DNA from: an uncultured virus (IMG/VR IMGVR_UViG_3300044674_003822)
Lineage: Duplodnaviria; Heunggongvirae; Uroviricota; Caudoviricetes
Length of the DNA: 20,000 bases
Virus record (IMG/VR): IMGVR_UViG_3300044674_003822
Span: 53,459-73,458 of that record
Reading direction: 5' to 3' (one strand)
The translations under genes and the position numbers were made by a program. Positions 16,240-20,000 of this stretch are shown piece by piece. The stretch's first letter is position 1, and every line of letters starts with the position of its first letter. The notes under the pieces were generated by a model. The model saw nothing but the letters and a program-made list of their open reading frames with translations, did not search any database and was not told the DNA's origin.

Positions 16240-16268
16240 ATTTTACAACTATTATGTATTATCTGCAA
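16240..16268 (-). promoter_or_regulatory. Candidate sigma70-type promoter, probably giving a leaderless mRNA
   Basis: Minus strand TTGCAG (16268-16263), 17 nt, TAAAAT (16245-16240), then only 5 nt (TAGGT) before ATG 16234. Confidence 0.5.
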
Positions 16269-16271
16269 TGG

Positions 16272-16538
16272 TTATTTTGAGTACTTTTGAGCTATGCCGT
16301 ATAATCCAAAGAGTGTGAGGTCTCCCGGATCTTCAAAACCTAGAACAGTGACAGATCTAGAAGTATCGCCTTTATATGTAATATCCTTGGTAATTGAATA
16401 TCTGCCATGGCAGTTCTCATAGATCCATTTACGCATCTGTTCCACATCGGCGTCGTGAGCCTTTACCACGGTGTTAACAAAGTGAGGTGGTAATATGTCT
16501 AGTTCTCTTTTAAAAAAATTATTTGGATTGATCTTCAT
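16272..16538 (-). CDS. Hypothetical protein
   Basis: ATG 16538 (MKINPNNFF) has GGAG upstream and an ATGA overlap with the preceding small ORF; contains WIYENCHGRY and GFEDPGD. Confidence 0.75.
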   Translation of the reverse strand: MKINPNNFFKRELDILPPHFVNTVVKAHDADVEQMRKWIYENCHGRYSITKDITYKGDTSRSVTVLGFEDPGDLTLFGLYGIAQKYSK

Positions 16539-16645
16539 GTCAAGTAACTCCACAGTGCTATTGTCAGCAATCCAAAGCACATGATAGAGATGGATACCTC
16601 ATTCATGAACCAGTCCTTGAATGTTTCCCAAAGTAGCCTAATCAT
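16535..16645 (-). CDS. Small 36-aa membrane peptide MIRLLWETFKDWFMNEVSISIMCFGLLTIALWSYLT (not in the ORF track)
   Basis: Start overlaps the end of the vWA gene and stop overlaps the next ATG. The C-terminal ~20 residues are uncharged and hydrophobic. Confidence 0.65.
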   Translation of the reverse strand: MIRLLWETFKDWFMNEVSISIMCFGLLTIALWSYLT

Positions 16646-17876
16646 CGTACTGTACCGTTAGTCCGAAAGGTGCCTCTATGTCCCTCTCGTATGGGTTGTT
16701 GATCAAGAATATGGTGTCACAATAGTCAGGATCACCCCAACTGTCAAATGGCCAACCGTCCGTGAACATCACGAACTTCTTGGGCTCTATGCCTTGATCC
16801 TTCATGTATCTCCAGTTGCACTCGAACTCCGTACCACCACCTGAACCCAGTTTGTAGTCCAACAACTCGTCCGCGTTGTCCGGTGTGAACACCACAGGGT
16901 TGAACACCTCTGTGTCAAAACTCCAAAGATGTATCCTGAAGTCCTTGTACTGATCCATTATGTTTTTAACCTCTGTCAAGAACTCAGTACACTGTTCATT
17001 ACTGATACTACCACTGGCATCAAGTGCCAAGCAGATGTCGATCATCTCGTCGTTGTTCTGTCCCGGCAGTATCGCAGATGTGTGCCAGCTCTTCCTAGAT
17101 GGTCTCATCCAAGTGTAGTCCGACTTGATCGTGCTCATGATCTGTTGTTGTAGTATCTCCCTCCAGTCCATCTTTGGCTCTGTGAGTTGTGATACCAATC
17201 TCTGTAATGCGCCTGGTAGGTTGCTGGCACCTGTTGATTGTGCCGCCGATACCATCGCTTCTTTGACTTCATCCCTGATCTTCTTCAATTCTTCTTTGGT
17301 GTAGACAGGCTTGCCTTTGCCACCCTTCTTGCCATCCTTGCCGTCCTTGCCTTGACCGTCACCTTTGCCCCACTCCTGGTGATCGTCCATTAGCTCGCCA
17401 AGTTTCTCCAACATCTTCTTGCCGTTCTTCTTGGCCTGTTTGTAGATGTCATCATATATTCTTTCTGATGCCCAGTCCTTGTACTTGTCGTCCTGGAAGC
17501 CTTTGTTCTCACCTTTCTTGCCCTTGGGCATCTCACCGATGTTGCTGTCTTTCAATATCTGGTTAACGGCATAGTCCGCCGCGATGTTCCAAAGTTGTGG
17601 ATCCCTGTCACCAATCCTTACCAGCATGTGTTCGAATACATTGTGCAACACTTCATGTCCAAACAAGAACTCTGCTTCTTTGGGTGTAAGTGAATCTATG
17701 AATTTAGTGTTGTAGAAGAAGTGTCTGCCATCTGTACCTGCTGTGGGACACCAGTCATCTGCGTTCACTAGTTTCAATCTAGTTGCGAGGTTACCAAAGA
17801 ACGGATGCTTCAGTAGTAAGGCGATCCTTGCGGTAACCAATTTGTCTATTATTTTCTGATCGTGATAATCAACCAT
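16638..17876 (-). CDS. Putative metallopeptidase plus vWA-like domain protein (DUF2201-type)
   Basis: TAGTDG, GHEVLH (HExxH), WNIAADYAVN, Gly/Lys linker, then MIDAS elements LDASGS, GGGTEF, FTDG. Confidence 0.88.
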   Translation of the reverse strand: MVDYHDQKIIDKLVTARIALLLKHPFFGNLATRLKLVNADDWCPTAGTDGRHFFYNTKFIDSLTPKEAEFLFGHEVLHNVFEHMLVRIGDRDPQLWNIAADYAVNQILKDSNIGEMPKGKKGENKGFQDDKYKDWASERIYDDIYKQAKKNGKKMLEKLGELMDDHQEWGKGDGQGKDGKDGKKGGKGKPVYTKEELKKIRDEVKEAMVSAAQSTGASNLPGALQRLVSQLTEPKMDWREILQQQIMSTIKSDYTWMRPSRKSWHTSAILPGQNNDEMIDICLALDASGSISNEQCTEFLTEVKNIMDQYKDFRIHLWSFDTEVFNPVVFTPDNADELLDYKLGSGGGTEFECNWRYMKDQGIEPKKFVMFTDGWPFDSWGDPDYCDTIFLINNPYERDIEAPFGLTVQYDD

Positions 17877-18982
17877 TACTTAGACTCCATAGCAGTTATG
17901 ACGTACTTGCCAAACTTCTTATGGAACCTATCAAATGATTTCAACTTGCTAGGATCGAACGGAAGTTTGTAATTCGTTAAGGCAATCTTCGCACCCATAA
18001 CAACCAACTCTGTCTCAAAGTTGTCCATCATGTAGTTGAAGAACCTGTCCGCTTGTTCATTCCAAGTCTTGTCTTTCTTCTCGTGTGCCTGTTGTAATTC
18101 GTAGCACAAAGAAACTGTAAGAGAGTACATCGCTGATATCTCTTTTGTCTTAAGGTCTCGGACCTTACCGCTCAATATATCAGATGGGTTAGGTAACTGA
18201 CCGCTAATTTTACGATGATTCATAAACTTAACGGCCAGGCCTTCTCCTACGCAACCTGCTACGAGGTCAGTGAGCGTACTTTCTGGCAGGTCATCTGATA
18301 GAAGTTGGGATACGAAACTCCATGATCTTGGAGTTGCGAATGATCTAGAACTACCTCTAGGATCAAAATCGTATAAATCTTGTTTGGCGAATGTGCAATA
18401 ACCCACAACGTCTGCGTGGACGTGTTCGTTAGTTGCCCACTGCATCCAGTCTTCGAAGTCCACTCTTAACTCTATGTGAACGAATCTGTTTGCCAATGGA
18501 GCCGGCATTCTGTAAGTGACACCTTTGTCACTGTCTCTGTTACCTGCCGCTACAATTGAAACGCCTTCTGGTAGGTGATACTGTCCTACTCTTCTGTTTA
18601 ATATAAGTTGATAAGCCGCCGCCTGTACTGCCGGTGCCGCCGAGTTCAACTCGTCCAAGAATACAATAGCATTACTTTTGGGATCAGTTGGCAGTTCTGC
18701 CGGACTTGCCCATACCATGTTGTTCTCTTTTGAGTTGTAATATGGAATACCTTTGATGTCTGTTGGTTCCCATAAAGGAAGTCTAATATCAATAACTTCT
18801 CTTTTCTCTGAATCTGCAATTTGTTTTACGATATCGGACTTACCAATACCTGGTGCACCCCACATCATTATGGGTCTCTGTAATTTGATACAATGTGTTA
18901 GTGCTGACTTGGCCTCGTTTGGTGAGACTGTTCTGTTTTGACTGCCTATTGCCGCCTCTTTGTTTTTGTTTGCTCTTGCCAT
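17876..18982 (-). CDS. MoxR-like AAA+ ATPase
   Basis: Walker A GAPGIGKS, Walker B VFLDE, sensor AAGN, arginine finger LANRF, TPRSW. AGGAG at 18995-18991 supports ATG 18982. TAATG overlap with the vWA gene. Confidence 0.93.
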   Translation of the reverse strand: MARANKNKEAAIGSQNRTVSPNEAKSALTHCIKLQRPIMMWGAPGIGKSDIVKQIADSEKREVIDIRLPLWEPTDIKGIPYYNSKENNMVWASPAELPTDPKSNAIVFLDELNSAAPAVQAAAYQLILNRRVGQYHLPEGVSIVAAGNRDSDKGVTYRMPAPLANRFVHIELRVDFEDWMQWATNEHVHADVVGYCTFAKQDLYDFDPRGSSRSFATPRSWSFVSQLLSDDLPESTLTDLVAGCVGEGLAVKFMNHRKISGQLPNPSDILSGKVRDLKTKEISAMYSLTVSLCYELQQAHEKKDKTWNEQADRFFNYMMDNFETELVVMGAKIALTNYKLPFDPSKLKSFDRFHKKFGKYVITAMESK

Positions 18983-19017
18983 TTTGTACACTCCTGTTAA
19001 AATGTTGTTATAGTATC

Positions 19018-19045
19018 ATTATAGCATGACAAGAGTATACGTCAA
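19018..19045 (-). promoter_or_regulatory. Near-consensus sigma70 promoter upstream of the AAA ATPase
   Basis: Minus strand TTGACG (19045-19040), 16 nt, TATAAT (19023-19018), with extended -10 TGc. Confidence 0.75.
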
Positions 19046-19075
19046 CCTGGTAATTATGGCTAAAAAGTCGCTATT

Positions 19076-19471
19076 TTATTGGTTTTTTTGCTCGTCCATT
19101 TTGCTCATTGCTCGTGCAAGTCCATATTTTGTGATATCTCCGGCAAATAACATGAGCTGTAATGCCATCTTTTCCATGGTCACTTTGATTTGTTTCTTGT
19201 CCACATAGTAAGGACAGTCAACAAACTCATCCAACCAAAGGTATGTTTGGGGTGTGAATATGACTTTTGCTGGAAATTTGATGTCATATGTTTTGATGTC
19301 CAGATTCTCCAACATCTCCAGACCCTGTTTGGTGAGACGCAATGATCTAGCCTGGTAACTTTCTCGAACATTCTGCCACCATGTGTAGTAATTGGTCTTG
19401 ATGCTCTCGTCGTGCGTTGGTTGTTCCAGTAGTTCAAGGAAGGTACGGGTGTATGCAGTCTTGCGATCCAT
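19076..19471 (-). CDS. Hypothetical protein
   Basis: 131-aa ORF co-oriented with its neighbours; WWQNVR...SLRLTKQG...LDEFVDCPYY. No function recognised. Confidence 0.8.
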   Translation of the reverse strand: MDRKTAYTRTFLELLEQPTHDESIKTNYYTWWQNVRESYQARSLRLTKQGLEMLENLDIKTYDIKFPAKVIFTPQTYLWLDEFVDCPYYVDKKQIKVTMEKMALQLMLFAGDITKYGLARAMSKMDEQKNQ

Positions 19472-19479
19472 ACAATTAA

Positions 19480-19767
19480 TTATCTAGAGAATTTATCGCC
19501 GGTTTTTAAAATGTAGACACCAAACTTGTCGGTGTTGTGCTGAGCATTCAATTTCTTGGCTAGGTTTTCCGCATGGCCTGGGTTGGAGAATGACACCTTC
19601 TTGTATTTTGGACCTGGATAGTTCGCAACCAAACTTGAAGATTTCAAGTTGATAGGTTTACCATCGTAGAAAACCGCCCAGATGCCCTCTGCCGCCAGGA
19701 CTTCATCCATCTTATAGGTGGTCTTATTGCTGTGTTGTAACAGCACTGTGGGTTTTGGTCTGCTCAT
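19480..19767 (-). CDS. Hypothetical protein (MSRPKP...PGPKYKKVSFSNPGHA)
   Basis: ATG 19767 preferred. The motif resembles an unknown protein I associate with large uncultured phages (recollection, not verified). Confidence 0.8.
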   Translation of the reverse strand: MSRPKPTVLLQHSNKTTYKMDEVLAAEGIWAVFYDGKPINLKSSSLVANYPGPKYKKVSFSNPGHAENLAKKLNAQHNTDKFGVYILKTGDKFSR

Positions 19768-19788
19768 AATTGTAAATCTATACAACTA

Positions 19789-19841
19789 TATTTACCAGAA
19801 ATTTTATGAAATCTTTTTTAGTTTTGTTATTGCTTTAAATA
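19789..19841. promoter_or_regulatory. Divergent pair of TAAATA motifs (candidate phage late-type promoters)
   Basis: TAAATA on - strand at 19794-19789 (21 nt before ATG 19767) and on + strand at 19836-19841 (5 nt before ATG 19847). Matches the core of the T4 late promoter TATAAATA. Confidence 0.45.
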
Positions 19842-19846
19842 AGTAC

Positions 19847-20000
19847 ATGCCTAATTTTGAGTATGACCAAATAATCGTCACGGGGTGCTCTTTTTCGTGT
19901 GGTATGGAAATGAATGATCATTTGTTACCGTCATTTGCTAATCTTAAAGAAAGGCAAATGCACATCTGGAAATGGGCGAAAAGTAGTCTAAAGGTCAAAT
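19847..20000 (+). CDS. SGNH-like protein, 3'-truncated; probable paralogue of 4760-5581 (not in the ORF track)
   Basis: MPNFEYDQIIVTGCSFSCGMEMND is open to the window end and matches IIAGGCSFTFGNELSD of 4760-5581. Confidence 0.75.
   Translation, partial: MPNFEYDQIIVTGCSFSCGMEMNDHLLPSFANLKERQMHIWKWAKSSLKVK

Noticed and set aside
17300..17375. Short CTTGCC-type repeats
   Set aside because: They encode the GKGDGQGKDGKDGKKGGKGK linker; not a CRISPR array or DNA-level repeat element.
10360..19208. Plus-strand ORFs in the right half (e.g. 11330-11749, 13971-14399, 14558-14860, 19026-19208)
   Set aside because: Antisense shadows of motif-bearing or tightly coupled minus-strand genes; 19026-19208 also runs over a promoter.
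1..20000. Stop-codon reassignment, introns/inteins, tRNA, CRISPR, IS elements
   Set aside because: Genes tile the window in the standard code at family-typical lengths, TAA, TAG and TGA all act as stops, and no such structures were seen by eye.

Overview
Gene-dense, AT-rich window in the standard genetic code with no rRNA, tRNA, CRISPR or IS elements. The tight start/stop overlaps, many unassignable ORFs, sigma70-type and TAAATA-type promoters and a MoxR-AAA/vWA pair suggest a large tailed-phage genome; this is inferred, since no capsid, terminase or polymerase gene is present. The + strand block (1-10216) holds at least four tandem radical SAM genes (N-terminal Twitch/SPASM-like domain visible in the three complete ones), an SGNH-like protein, a 34-aa peptide, a GNAT-like protein, a NodU/CmcH/TobZ carbamoyltransferase, a small lipoprotein, a DegT aminotransferase and a repeat-built glycosyltransferase-like protein. 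It converges on a - strand block (19767-10182): unknown ORFs, AAA ATPase, metallopeptidase-vWA protein, AsnB-like protein, a second DegT aminotransferase, Gfo/Idh/MocA oxidoreductase, PIG-L deacetylase and NDP-sugar epimerase. The best candidate for a new system is a probably viral amino-sugar building and tailoring pathway whose enzyme families parallel aminoglycoside and diamino-sugar biosynthesis. Its product and target (DNA, virion glycan, host surface or small molecule) cannot be read from the sequence.
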